The notes under the pieces were generated by a model. It saw only the letters and a program-made list of their open reading frames with translations, did not search any database and was not told where the DNA came from. Positions 54,989 to 64,000 of a stretch of DNA of 64,000 nt are shown one piece after another. A program made the position numbers and the translations under genes. How positions within the stretch are numbered: the stretch's first letter is position 1; each line of letters begins with the position of its first letter. The stretch lies in contig CAWHHI010000012.1 of NCBI GenBank assembly GCA_963829055.1, positions 224,001 through 288,000 on the forward strand. Direction: 5' to 3'. The DNA is from an uncultured Gemmatimonadaceae bacterium (GTDB taxonomy: Bacteria; Gemmatimonadota; Gemmatimonadetes; Gemmatimonadales; Gemmatimonadaceae).

Positions 54989-56158
54989 ATGACGCGCGTT
55001 TTCGACGAGGACCTCGACGCAGGATTCGCCACGCGGGCCATCCATGCCGGACAGCGACCAGAGCCGCTCGCCGGCGCGATCATGACGCCGCTGTACCTGA
55101 CGTCCACCTACGTGCAGGATGGACTCGGAAAAAACAAAGGCTACGAATACGCGCGCGGCAAGAACCCAACGCGCGAGGCGCTCGAGCGCAACGTCGCCGC
55201 CCTGGAAGGTGGCCGCCATGGTTTCGCGTTCGCGAGCGGCATGGGCTGTCTCGACTCGATCATGAAGCTGTTCCGATCGGGAGATCACATCGTCTGCGGC
55301 GAGAACGTGTACGGCGGAACGTCACGGTTGTTCGATCGCATTCTCGTCAATCTCGGCCTGCGATTCACGTACGTGGATACGCGCTACGCCGATCGCGTCG
55401 TGGATGCGGTGACTCCGGAAACCAGGGCTATCCTCGTCGAGACGCCCACGAATCCGATGATGTGGATCGCAGACCTCGCTGCGATGAAAGAGATCGCGGC
55501 CCGCGCCAATGCCCTGCTCATCGTCGACAATACGTTCGCCACGCCGTACTTCCAGCAACCGCTCGACTTCGGCGCCGACATCGTATATCACTCGACGACC
55601 AAGTATCTCAACGGGCACAGCGACATGATCGGCGGTATCGCGGTCGTGCGCGATGATGATCTCGCCGCCAAGCTGCAGTTCATTCACAACGCTGCCGGCG
55701 CCGTCGCCGGCCCGTTCGACGCCTGGCTCGCGTTGCGCGGCACTAAGACGCTGCACCTGCGCATGCGCCAGCATGACGCGAACGGACGCCAGATCGCGAC
55801 GTGGCTCGCCGCACGGTTCGGAGAGGAGCGCGTCATCTACCCTGGGCTGCCCTCGCATCCACAGCACGAGCTGGCGTGTCGCCAGATGAAGGGGTTCGGC
55901 GGAATGATCTCGCTGGACCTCGAGACGAGAGAACGCGCCGCGCGTGTCCTCGATCGCGTGAAGGTGTTCGCGCTCGCCGAGTCACTTGGTGGCGTCGAGA
56001 GTCTCATCTGCCTTCCGGCCGCGATGACACACGCCTCGGTGCCACCTGAACGTCGCGCGCGCATCGGCATCGGCGAGGGGCTGATTCGCCTCTCCTGCGG
56101 CGTCGAGGATCCAGAGGACCTGATGGCCGACTTGGAGCAGGCATTCGAGGGGCTTTAA
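54989..56158 (+). CDS. Cystathionine gamma-synthase/lyase family PLP enzyme
   Basis: YARGKNPT, FASGMG, ETPTNP, DNTFATP, HSTTKYLNGHSD, AESLGGVESL. Confidence 0.92.
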   Translation: MTRVFDEDLDAGFATRAIHAGQRPEPLAGAIMTPLYLTSTYVQDGLGKNKGYEYARGKNPTREALERNVAALEGGRHGFAFASGMGCLDSIMKLFRSGDHIVCGENVYGGTSRLFDRILVNLGLRFTYVDTRYADRVVDAVTPETRAILVETPTNPMMWIADLAAMKEIAARANALLIVDNTFATPYFQQPLDFGADIVYHSTTKYLNGHSDMIGGIAVVRDDDLAAKLQFIHNAAGAVAGPFDAWLALRGTKTLHLRMRQHDANGRQIATWLAARFGEERVIYPGLPSHPQHELACRQMKGFGGMISLDLETRERAARVLDRVKVFALAESLGGVESLICLPAAMTHASVPPERRARIGIGEGLIRLSCGVEDPEDLMADLEQAFEGL

Positions 56159-56261
56159 CAACGCGCGGTGGCGGGTGGGCGCTTGTTGTTTGATGCTGGC
56201 TCGCCCCCGTGCCTCAGCATACCTTCGATCGGGCGGACACTTCAGGCGCGAGTCCGCCGTA

Positions 56262-56308
56262 GGGACTGGGTCTCGACTACCCGTCCCCTGTAACAAGTCC
56301 CCAGTCCC
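56262..56308. repeat. Short relic of the GGGACTG / CAGTCCC heptamer palindromic element
   Basis: GGGACTGGG ... GTCCCCTG..AAGTCCCCAGTCCC; same units as at 504-614. Confidence 0.55.
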
Positions 56309-56316
56309 ACGTCTCT

Positions 56317-57288
56317 ATGGCTGACCGCAAAGTCCTCACCCAGATCTCCTCGACGGCCTGGGAGCACGCGGCTGATCGGGCCGCCCTGAACAGCCTTCGC
56401 GCCATTCCCGGCTTCGACGAAGTCGTGCGGAAGATCGCCGGCTTCTTCGGCGAGAAAGGCGTTCGCCAGCTCTTTCTCGCGAACGCGGTGCTCGTCGGAC
56501 CGAAGCAGCGCCCTGCCTTGAACGCATTGTATGGCGAAGTCGTCGAGACGTTGGACTGGCCGGAACGCCCCGACCTGTACGTGTCGCAAACACCGTTCGT
56601 GAACGCCGCCGCCGTCGGCTTCGACAAGCCGTTCATCGTCCTCAACTCGGCCACCATCGCGCTGCTCGACAAGGAAGAGCGTCGCGACATCCTTGGCCAC
56701 GAGTTGGGTCACATCATGAGCGGCCACACGACCTACACGACCATCGCGATCATCATCATGACGGTCGGGCTGCGTAACCTGCCCTTCCTCGCTGGCATGG
56801 CCCTGCTGCCGTTCCAGCTCGCGTTGCTCGAGTGGTATCGCAAGGCGGAGCTCTCGGCTGATCGCGCGGGGCTGCTCGCGACGCAGGATCTCGACGTCTC
56901 GATGCGCACCTTCCTGAAAATGGCTGGCGGCGGACCGGGCGACGACGAGATCAGCCTCGAGGCGTTCCTCGAGCAGGCCGAGACGTACGAGACCCAGGGC
57001 GATCTCGCGGATCGCGTCTGGCAGGTGATCAATACCGCGTTCAAGACCCACCCGTTCGGCACGGTGCGCGCGGCCGAGCTGCAGCGTTGGGTAAAGAGCG
57101 GGCAGTACGACGCGATTCTCAACGGCGACTATCCGCGGCGCGGCGACACGGGCGCGAAGTTGAGCGACGACTACGTCGATGCGGCTGGCTACTATGGGAA
57201 CCAGGCGCGCGAGGCAATGTCGCAGGTTGGCGACGTCCTCGCCCGCGCGCGCGACGCGTTCAACAGCGCGTTCAGAACGGAACCGTGA
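56317..57288 (+). CDS. M48 family zinc metallopeptidase
   Basis: NAAAVG, HELGH, AELSADR, THP. Confidence 0.88.
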   Translation: MADRKVLTQISSTAWEHAADRAALNSLRAIPGFDEVVRKIAGFFGEKGVRQLFLANAVLVGPKQRPALNALYGEVVETLDWPERPDLYVSQTPFVNAAAVGFDKPFIVLNSATIALLDKEERRDILGHELGHIMSGHTTYTTIAIIIMTVGLRNLPFLAGMALLPFQLALLEWYRKAELSADRAGLLATQDLDVSMRTFLKMAGGGPGDDEISLEAFLEQAETYETQGDLADRVWQVINTAFKTHPFGTVRAAELQRWVKSGQYDAILNGDYPRRGDTGAKLSDDYVDAAGYYGNQAREAMSQVGDVLARARDAFNSAFRTEP

Positions 57289-58573
57289 AGGCACTGATTG
57301 TCGGCGGGGGCGGTCGTGAGCACGCCCTCGCCTGGAAGCTGAAGCGGGACGACCCCACAATCGAGCTCCTCGCTGCGCCGGGCAACCCGGGCATCGCGGA
57401 GCTCGCGCGTTGTGTGGCGGTATCAGCGACGGACGTCACGCGGATTGTGGACCTCGCGGCGCAGGAACGCGTCGACCTCGTGGTCGTGGGGCCGGAAGCA
57501 CCATTAGCCGCCGGGCTCGCGGACGCGCTGTGCGGGCGCGGCCTTCCGGTGTTCGGGCCGTCGGCTGCGGCGGCTCGTATCGAGACCTCGAAGCGGTTCG
57601 CGAAAGAGGTCATGGCCGACGCAGGCGTTCCCACGGCGCGCGCGTCGCATCACTCGGAAGTCGACTCGGCGCGTCGCGCCGTCGCCGACTTCGGTGCACC
57701 GGTGGTCATCAAGGCGACGGGCCTGGCGTCGGGAAAGGGCGTCGTCGTCTGTGAGTCGGTCGACGCAGGCCTACGCCGCGGTCGACCGCATGCTGCGGGA
57801 CGGCGCGTTAGGCGATGCCGGCAACGAAATCCTCGTCGAGGAGTTCATGGAGGGCGAGGAGCTGTCGCTCTTCGCGCTGACGGACGGCGAGCGGTACCTG
57901 ACGATGATCCCCGTGCAGGACCACAAGCGGTTGTTCGCCGGAGACGCCGGTCCAAATACCGGGGGGATGGGCGCCTACGCGCCCGTCGCCGTCGGCACCG
58001 ATGCGCTCGTTAGGCAGGCGGGCGCGCGGATCATCGAACCGACGCTCGCGGCGCTGCGCGAGCGTGGCGCGTCGTTCAGTGGTCTGCTGTACGCGGGACT
58101 CATGCTGACCGACGAGGGCCCGAAGGTCGTCGAGTTCAACTGCCGCTTCGGCGATCCCGAGACACAGGCGATTCTGCCCACTCATGCGCAGCTCGCTATT
58201 GGACGCGTTCGTCGCGGTCGCGTCAGGCGACGGGCTTTCGGGAATGGACCCGTTCGACTGGAGTGAGCAGTTCGCGGTCACGACCGTTCTCGCCGCGCCC
58301 GGATATCCTGATGCCCCGGCTACCGGCGACCGCATCACGCTCCCGGAGCAGCACGGGGACGTCATCGTATTCCATGCCGGCACGAGCCGCGACCGCGACG
58401 GCGCGCTGGTGACGGCCGGCGGACGCGTGCTCGCCGCGACAGGCGTGGCGGCTTCGTTCGACGTCGCACAGCGCGCAAGCGTGGAGTACGCGGAGGCGGT
58501 GCAGTTCACCGGCAAGCAGTACCGTGCCGACATCGGCTGGCGAGAGTCAGCCCGACGTGCCCGAGCTACCTGA
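57285..58573 (+). CDS. purD: Phosphoribosylamine-glycine ligase (apparent frameshifts near 57765 and 58180)
   Basis: GGGGREHAL, APGNPG, VGPEAPL, QDHKR, NTGGMGAY, EFNCRFGDPE, FHAGT, YRADIG. Confidence 0.93.
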
Positions 58574-59384
58574 AACGGAGACGATCGCGCGTGACCTCGA
58601 CCGCGCGATCTCCGGCAGCACGATCAGCGACGTCCGGGTCACGCGACCCGACGTCCTGCGGGAAGTGGATCCGGCCGAACTGCAACGTCGCATCGTGGGG
58701 ACCGTCATCGAGCACTCGTGGCGGCGCGCGAAGCTCGTCGTGCTCGATTTGTCGTCCGGCGACCGCATCGTAGTGCAGCCGCGATTCACCGGCGCCCTGC
58801 TCGTCGATGATGGGAATCTCCCCGAGAGCGAGCGACGCTACTCCACGATCGAGTTCGTCCTCGGTGATGGGCGGTCGCTTCATTATCGAGACATCCGCCG
58901 CCTCGGCACGGTCAGCCTGATGGACGACGGCCGCTTCTCGCGGTACTCCGCGGCGCTCGGCATGGAGCCGTTGGACCCAGCCTTTACCGCCGAGCGACTG
59001 TCGGCCATTCTTCGGGCTTCGCGACAAGCAGTGAAGCGAGTGTTGATGGACCAACGTCGAGTCGTTGGAGTGGGAAACATTTACGCGAACGAAGTGCTCT
59101 GGCGTACGGGCATCGATCCCTCACGGTCGGCGGCGACCCTGTCGCCGATCGAGGCGGAGCATTTGCACCACGAGCTTCGCAACGTACTCCATGCGGCGGT
59201 CGATGCCCGTGGTACGAGCTTTCGCGATTACCGTGACGCATCTGGCCAGCGCGGTTCGTTCGCCGAGCAACTCGACGCCTACGGGCGCGAGGGCGAGCCG
59301 TGTCGGCGCTGCGGACGCCGCCTCTTCGTCACGCACGAGATCGACGGGCGCTCCACGGTGTTCTGTTGGTCATGCCAGCGCTGA
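58557..59384 (+). CDS. mutM: Formamidopyrimidine-DNA glycosylase
   Basis: (M)PELPE N-terminus, RRAK, GVGNIYANE, C-terminal zinc finger CRRC..CWSC. Confidence 0.92.
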   Translation: MPELPETETIARDLDRAISGSTISDVRVTRPDVLREVDPAELQRRIVGTVIEHSWRRAKLVVLDLSSGDRIVVQPRFTGALLVDDGNLPESERRYSTIEFVLGDGRSLHYRDIRRLGTVSLMDDGRFSRYSAALGMEPLDPAFTAERLSAILRASRQAVKRVLMDQRRVVGVGNIYANEVLWRTGIDPSRSAATLSPIEAEHLHHELRNVLHAAVDARGTSFRDYRDASGQRGSFAEQLDAYGREGEPCRRCGRRLFVTHEIDGRSTVFCWSCQR

Positions 59385-60479
59385 GAGCGTCGCGGCGCGA
59401 GCCCACGTCGGACGCGGAGCTCGCGCGCATGCGCGGCGTGGTTCGCGAGGGAGCGCAGGACCGCCCTGGCATTTACCGCATGCTGTCGGCCGACGGCGAG
59501 GTGGTATACGTCGGCAAATCGAAGCGCGTTCGGACTCGGCTCCTGAGCTACTTCCGCTGTGCGTATCCCGAGGACAAGGGTGCGCGCATTCTTCGCGAAG
59601 CTTCGACGATCGACTGGGAGTACACGCCGAGCGAGTTCTCCGCGCTGCTCACGGAATTGCGCCTGATCAAGCGATTGCGACCGCGCTTCAACGTCGCGAT
59701 GAAACGCGACGCGCGTCACTATGCCTTCATCAAGCTGAGTCGCGGCGCCGCACCCAAGCTCCTGGTGGTTCGCGGGGCCGGGAGTGAAGACGGCGGGATC
59801 TACTACGGTCCGTTCGTGGGTGCGCAACGCATCGGAGACGCGGTGCGCGAGCTGAGCGATGCGCTCGGATTGCGCGACTGCTCGCTGGACCAGAAGATGT
59901 ACTTCGCGGACCAGGCTGACTTGTTCGGAACGCCGACGCGCACTCCGGGTTGCATCAGGCACGAAGTCCGGAAATGTCTCGGTCCCTGCGTTGCCGCTTG
60001 CACGCTGAGCGCGTACATGGAGCGCGTGAAGATGGCTCGTGCGTTCCTCGATGGCGCCGACGACGGACCGATTGAACGGCTTCGCGCGGACATGCAGGGC
60101 GCGAGTGAGCGCATGGAGTTCGAACGCGCCGGGTCGTTACGAGACAAGCTGCACCGCCTGGAGGAGCTCCGCGAACAGTTCGGGAGGCTGCGGTTCGCAG
60201 TCGAAACGTTGTCGTTTCTTTACACGGTCCGCGGGCACGAAGGCGAGGACCGGTTGTATTTGATTCGGCGCGGGCGCGTGAGGGCCGAGCTGCCGACACC
60301 GCGCACGGCGAAAGACCGCCGGTCGGTAGACGAGTTGGTGCAGTCGGTCTACTCGCAAGTCAGAACGGAAGAGCTCGTCGGTCCCCACCCACGAGATCGA
60401 TGAGCTGTTGCTGCTGTCGTCATGGTTCAGAAGAAACCCAGCAGAGCTCGATAACACTCGCCCTGCCGAACGCGGTTAA
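59372..60479 (+). CDS. Cho/UvrC N-terminal-like GIY-YIG nuclease (apparent frameshift near 60370)
   Basis: PGIYRM..VYVGKS..R..SY, PRFN, YYGPF, Cys cluster (C..C..CLGPC), UVR motif FERAGSLRD. Confidence 0.8.
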
Positions 60480-60614
60480 ATGGTGTAGTATCCGTCTAAC
60501 CGCGACTGACAACTGGCGCCGCCCATCGTGCTTAAGGTGGCCAGTGTCTTGCACATTCGCTCGAAGCACGCCGCGCCGCCGACGGTTCGTGGCCCCTAGC
60601 TCCGGGAGTAAGCG

Positions 60615-60833
60615 ATGACGACCTCTTGGCAACCGACGACCCTCGTCCAGTGCATCAGCGTGCGACCGTGGCTGACGTACCCCGGTTGCGACGAGCCCGG
60701 TGGGTGTCATGACCTCACCTTGGGCCGCATCTACGAGATGCTGGGCATCGAGGCGAGCGGATCGTTCTACCGCATCGTCGACGATTCCGGCGAAGACTAC
60801 CTGTACCCTGCTTCGCACTTTCGAGTCGTCTGA
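60615..60833 (+). CDS. Small hypothetical protein (72 aa)
   Basis: GGGAG RBS; LTLGRIYE..RIVDDSGEDYLYP pattern. Confidence 0.65.
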   Translation: MTTSWQPTTLVQCISVRPWLTYPGCDEPGGCHDLTLGRIYEMLGIEASGSFYRIVDDSGEDYLYPASHFRVV

Positions 60834-60851
60834 GCGCGACTCAGCGGGCTC

Positions 60852-61346
60852 CTAGGCGAGTAGCGGTATCAGCTCTGCCTTCGCCCGCCCGCCCGCGATC
60901 GTGAGTCGAGCAACGCTCGGCGTGAGATCGAACCGCCGGGGACCCGCAGCACCAGGATTGAGCGCGAGCCGGCCGCCTGCACCGGCGATCAGCGGTCGAT
61001 GGGTGTGCCCAAATACTACGACGTCAGCACTGTAACGCTCCAGTAGCTTCACCGGCGTCGGAGACCCGACCTCGTGTCCGTGGCTCACGTGAATCGAAAC
61101 GCCACCTATGGTCAGCTCGATCGACTGTGAGAGGCGGGGGTCACCGGGGGCATCCGTATTTCCATAGACCGCGCGAATCGGCGCGATGAGCGCCAACTCG
61201 TCGAGCACGTCGTCGCCGCCAACGTCGCCGGCGTGAAGGATCATCTCGACGCCCGCGAGCGCAGTATGAACGTCGGCTCTCACGAGACCGTGCGTGTCGG
61301 AGATGATGCCAATGACGCGCGGCTCCTCCGCACCCGAATCGCTCAT
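60852..61346 (-). CDS. YfcE/MJ0936 family metallophosphoesterase
   Basis: SDTHG, HAGD, GNTD, HGH, GHTH, NPG. Confidence 0.88.
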   Translation of the reverse strand: MSDSGAEEPRVIGIISDTHGLVRADVHTALAGVEMILHAGDVGGDDVLDELALIAPIRAVYGNTDAPGDPRLSQSIELTIGGVSIHVSHGHEVGSPTPVKLLERYSADVVVFGHTHRPLIAGAGGRLALNPGAAGPRRFDLTPSVARLTIAGGRAKAELIPLLA

Positions 61347-61954
61347 TCGCTGGACTCGCTCCCCCACCGCGGGACCAGCGCCTGTTCGACGCCGAGTTGA
61401 TCGAGCACGCGACCGACGATGAAATCGACCAGGTCTCCGATCGTGCGCGGACGGTGATAGAACCCCGGTGACGCCGGAAGAATGACAGCGCCGGCCCGCG
61501 TCAACGTCATCATGTTCTCGAGGTGGATGGCGCTGTACGGCGACTCGCGCGGCACGAGAATGAGTCGGCGCCGTTCCTTGAGCGTCACGTCGGCGGCACG
61601 CTCCACGAGCGATCGTGACGCACCGACCGCGATCGCCGACATGGTGCCCATCGAACACGGGCAGATGACCATCCCGGCCGACAATGCCGACCCGGACGCC
61701 GGCGCTGCGCCACGATCGCGATCATCGTACACGCGGACGACCGTATCCCAGCCGGCGGCCCCTACACGTTCACGCAGCGCCGCGACCGATTCGATGTCCA
61801 TCTCGGTCTTGAGCAGACGCACGCCGTGATCGGACACGATCAATGACACGCGTTGCTGGCGCTCCACCAGCGCCTCGATCAGTCGCACCGCGTACGGCGC
61901 ACCCGAGGCACCGGTGACCGCCACAATGATCGGGCGATCGGCAGCAGCCGTCAT
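61343..61954 (-). CDS. ubiX: Flavin prenyltransferase
   Basis: TGASGA, ASGS, PCSMGT, RAADVTLKERR, PRESP, PGFYHRP. Confidence 0.93.
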   Translation of the reverse strand: MTAAADRPIIVAVTGASGAPYAVRLIEALVERQQRVSLIVSDHGVRLLKTEMDIESVAALRERVGAAGWDTVVRVYDDRDRGAAPASGSALSAGMVICPCSMGTMSAIAVGASRSLVERAADVTLKERRRLILVPRESPYSAIHLENMMTLTRAGAVILPASPGFYHRPRTIGDLVDFIVGRVLDQLGVEQALVPRWGSESSE

Positions 61955-62850
61955 CGCACCAGGCGTTCGGCGAGCACGAAGCCGAAAAACGTTAGGCTGA
62001 TGACGCCGTTCATGGTGAAGAAGGCGGCGTCGAGCCGCGACAGGTCATCCCCCCGGACGAGTGAGTGCTCGTAGAGGAGGAGGGCGGCGGCGACGGCCAC
62101 GCCGGCCGCGTACAACCAACCGACCGGCACCGCAGTCCCCACAGCCGCGAGCGCGACGATCGTGAGCACGTGCAACCCGCGCGCGATGGCGAGCGCGCCG
62201 CGCCGGCCGAACACGACCGGCACGGAATGTAGACGCTCGGCGCGATCGAACTCTTCATCTTGCAGCGCGTACAGGATATCGAAGCCGGCAGTCCACGACG
62301 AGACGCCAAGTGCCAGGGCAATGAGCATCCACCACGGCGTGCTCCATCCCCCCGCGACGGCGAGATAGCCACCGACCGGAGCAATCGCGAGACCGATACC
62401 CAGCACGATGTGTGACCAGTGCGTGAACCGCTTGGTGTAGCTGTACCACAACACCCAGCCTAACGCGATTGGACTGAGCACCGCACACAGCGGGTTGAGG
62501 CGCCACGCGGCGAACACGAAGACGATGCTCGCGAGGACGACGGCGAGCGTCGCCTCACGGACGCCAAGCAGCCCACTCGGAAGCTCGCGCCGCGCCGTGC
62601 GCGGATTCTTCGCGTCGATCTGTCGGTCCACGATGCGGTTGAAACCCATCGCGGCGAACCGGGCGGCGGTGAACGCGATGACGATCCACGCGACCTCGGC
62701 GACCGTGACGCGTCGCGTGAAGCTCGCCAGCGTCGCGCCCACGAGCGCGAATGGCAGTGCGAACACCGTGTGCGGCAGCTTCACGAAGTTCACGTATCGC
62801 ACGAGCCGTGAGCCGCCGTCGAACGTCTGTCCTTCCCGCGGTCGCATCAT
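61951..62850 (-). CDS. UbiA family prenyltransferase (MqnP-like)
   Basis: [49 protein letters not shown]. Confidence 0.85.
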   Translation of the reverse strand: MMRPREGQTFDGGSRLVRYVNFVKLPHTVFALPFALVGATLASFTRRVTVAEVAWIVIAFTAARFAAMGFNRIVDRQIDAKNPRTARRELPSGLLGVREATLAVVLASIVFVFAAWRLNPLCAVLSPIALGWVLWYSYTKRFTHWSHIVLGIGLAIAPVGGYLAVAGGWSTPWWMLIALALGVSSWTAGFDILYALQDEEFDRAERLHSVPVVFGRRGALAIARGLHVLTIVALAAVGTAVPVGWLYAAGVAVAAALLLYEHSLVRGDDLSRLDAAFFTMNGVISLTFFGFVLAERLVR

Positions 62851-64000
62851 TCCCCTCGCCCTCCGCCACCAAACCGTGAAACGACATCGCTGAGTGAGCT
62901 CGCCGAACCCTCGAGCGCATGCGCCGTCTCGCGCAGTTGCTCGGTGAGCGACCGTTGATGATGCATTGCGCGCGTGGCCTCGTCGGCGGCTCCGGACGAC
63001 GCGTCCGCCGCATCGGCCACCAGCGCCGACGCCTCATTCACCTGCCTAACGAGCGCATCCTGCCGTTCCGACGCTCGCAGTACCGCGTCGGCGAGCGCCA
63101 ACGTGCGGCGCGCGTCCTGCTCGATCGATTGAAAGACGCCGACCGCTTCGCGCATGACCTGCTCGCCGCGCTTCACCGCCGATTCCATGCGCGCCACCCG
63201 TCCCGACGCATCCTCGATGCGGTCGGTCATCTCGCGCACCAGTACCTCGATGCGCCCCACCGACCCGCCACTCTGCATCGCCAGCTTCCCAACCTCTTCT
63301 GCCACCACCGCGAAGCCTCGCCCGGCTTCGCCGGCGCGCGCTGCCTCGATCGACGCGTTGAGCGCCAGCAAATTGGTTTGTCGGCCGATGTCGCCCACGA
63401 CCGTCGTCACGTCGCCGATCGCGCCTGACGACGTGCGCAACGCATCCATACGCTCGACGAGATCGCGGGCCAGCTCGGCGAGTTCGGTGACAGCGGTCAT
63501 CGCGGAGGCGGCACGGCCAACGCCGAGCTGCGCGCTGGCCTCCACTTTCGCGGAGATCTCGCGCGACTCGCGCGCGGACGCATGCGTGGCGGCGGCGGCC
63601 TCATCGAGTTGCGTCGCGGCGAGGCGAATCTGTCGCGCGGCATCCATGCTGCGCGCGACGCCGCCCGTCACGCCAGTGAGTTGTGTCGTGACCCGGCCTG
63701 CACCGTCGGCGACAGTCGCGCCAATGCGCGCGACATCCGACGACGCGCCCAGCACCTGGGTAGCAGTTTTCTTCGTTTCGCCAATGAGCCCACCGACTTC
63801 GCGCAACGCGGCAGCGATGTCTGCGCGGCCGGCAACGTCGTCATCGCCCTGGAGGAGAACGGCCCAGTCGCCGCGTCGCACCGCGCCCGCGAGCTGCTCG
63901 AGCAGCGCCAGCGGCCGCGACATGATCGCGTTCAGCCTAACGACGAACCACGCGATGGCGGCGAAGGACAATATCCACGCAATCACGAGCTCGATCGGTC
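62847..64000 (-). CDS. Methyl-accepting chemotaxis protein (5' end beyond window)
   Basis: [30 protein letters not shown]. Confidence 0.9.
   Translation of the reverse strand, partial: PIELVIAWILSFAAIAWFVVRLNAIMSRPLALLEQLAGAVRRGDWAVLLQGDDDVAGRADIAAALREVGGLIGETKKTATQVLGASSDVARIGATVADGAGRVTTQLTGVTGGVARSMDAARQIRLAATQLDEAAAATHASARESREISAKVEASAQLGVGRAASAMTAVTELAELARDLVERMDALRTSSGAIGDVTTVVGDIGRQTNLLALNASIEAARAGEAGRGFAVVAEEVGKLAMQSGGSVGRIEVLVREMTDRIEDASGRVARMESAVKRGEQVMREAVGVFQSIEQDARRTLALADAVLRASERQDALVRQVNEASALVADAADASSGAADEATRAMHHQRSLTEQLRETAHALEGSASSLSDVVSRFGGGGRGE

Noticed and set aside
60480..60850. 72-aa ORF as an integron cassette (GTCTAAC at about 60494)
   Set aside because: No matching GTTRRRY closing an attC upstream, and no attC after the ORF

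Overview
GC-rich (about two-thirds G+C by eye) bacterial chromosome segment, most likely from a Gemmatimonadota member; this is inferred from a SusC/SusD-type pair in a high-GC diderm, mqnP/ubiX and lineage-typical small proteins. Contents in order: a phosphate/polyphosphate hub (pstB x2, phoU, ppx, ppk1, pit, DUF47); a microcompartment satellite (rhomboid, two EutN/CcmL vertex genes, and deoC with a likely encapsulation peptide); dnaK, degP and tRNA-Leu(UAG); three tandem Flp pilins; a HerA-like ATPase; susC/susD; crtI; tig-clpP-clpX-lon-engB; a PilB/GspE ATPase fused to a receiver domain; trpE; an FHA-GAF adenylate cyclase; LPS genes; glmS/glmM; chemoreceptors; an HD-GYP regulator; purD, mutM and a Cho/UvrC-like nuclease; ubiX/mqnP. 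About 13 genes carry 1-nt frameshifts, most likely long-read errors. The most unusual signal is a non-palindromic motif, (C)GTTAGG(Y) / (R)CCTAAC(G). I counted 47 copies by hand on both strands. It occurs in several reading frames of housekeeping genes, where it forces rare TTA/CTA/AGG codons, which points to DNA-level selection. Two families of heptamer-armed palindromic repeats are also present. No CRISPR array, rRNA or transposase was seen. All counts are manual and no database searches were run.
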